From Octopus bimaculoides (Eukaryota), in contig NC_068985.1 of the NCBI RefSeq assembly GCF_001194135.2, positions 18,223,014-18,287,013 of the forward strand: a stretch of 64,000 nucleotides of DNA, in the 5' to 3' direction. Both the position numbers and the translations under genes were made by a program. Shown piece after piece: positions 63,840 through 64,000 of this stretch; position 1 is the stretch's first letter; the number at the start of each line of letters is the position of its first letter. The notes below the pieces were generated by a model. It was not told where the DNA came from. It made no database searches and was given only the letters and a program-made list of their open reading frames with translations.

Positions 63840-63967
63840 TCATCATTAGAGAGACATGCAGACATAAATAAATACATATACATACATATAGTTGGGTTAA
63901 TAAGCCTGCTTTTAGGGTCAGCTAAAAAGTTGTTTATGGTCTTTTAAAGTAATATGTATGTATGTAT

Positions 63968-63999
<32 letters not shown>

Positions 64000-64000
64000 G

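Noticed and set aside
8016-63871. Many long ORFs rich in X, HT, CV, YI or LS dipeptides
   Set aside because: Artefacts of N gaps and (CA)n, (TA)n and (CT)n microsatellites.

Overview
AT-rich (by eye), gap-containing, repeat-dense eukaryotic genomic window. The SINE, LINE and microsatellite repertoire suggests an octopus (inference). Main feature: a minus-strand BTB/POZ-zinc-finger locus rebuilt by hand from splice signals. A start exon (CDS 58118-57993, 42 aa) and an exon at 55486-54690 together encode a complete BTB domain plus a Ser/Asn-rich linker, ending at a perfect phase-2 donor (AG|GTAAGT). Downstream lie two separate C2H2 cassettes, 5 fingers at ~40589-39929 and 6 fingers at 30088-29305. 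Each has a phase-2-compatible acceptor and its own stop codon. This resembles the lola/broad/mod(mdg4) layout of one shared BTB head with alternative DNA-binding tails, and it is the best candidate for an undescribed system here. The left end holds the last two probable exons of an unidentified plus-strand gene (33-nt microexon 1665-1697; terminal exon 5458-5615). The rest is decayed mobile DNA: CR1, Tx1/L1, R4/Dong, HERO and RTE LINEs; Penelope-like elements with hammerhead-ribozyme motifs; mariners and MITEs; HINE-type elements; tRNA-derived SINEs; and microsatellites. There are several long inverted repeats, one of them a TSD-flanked inverted copy of nearby DNA. No tRNA, rRNA or CRISPR array is supported. 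Repeat boundaries are approximate and identities were judged by eye.
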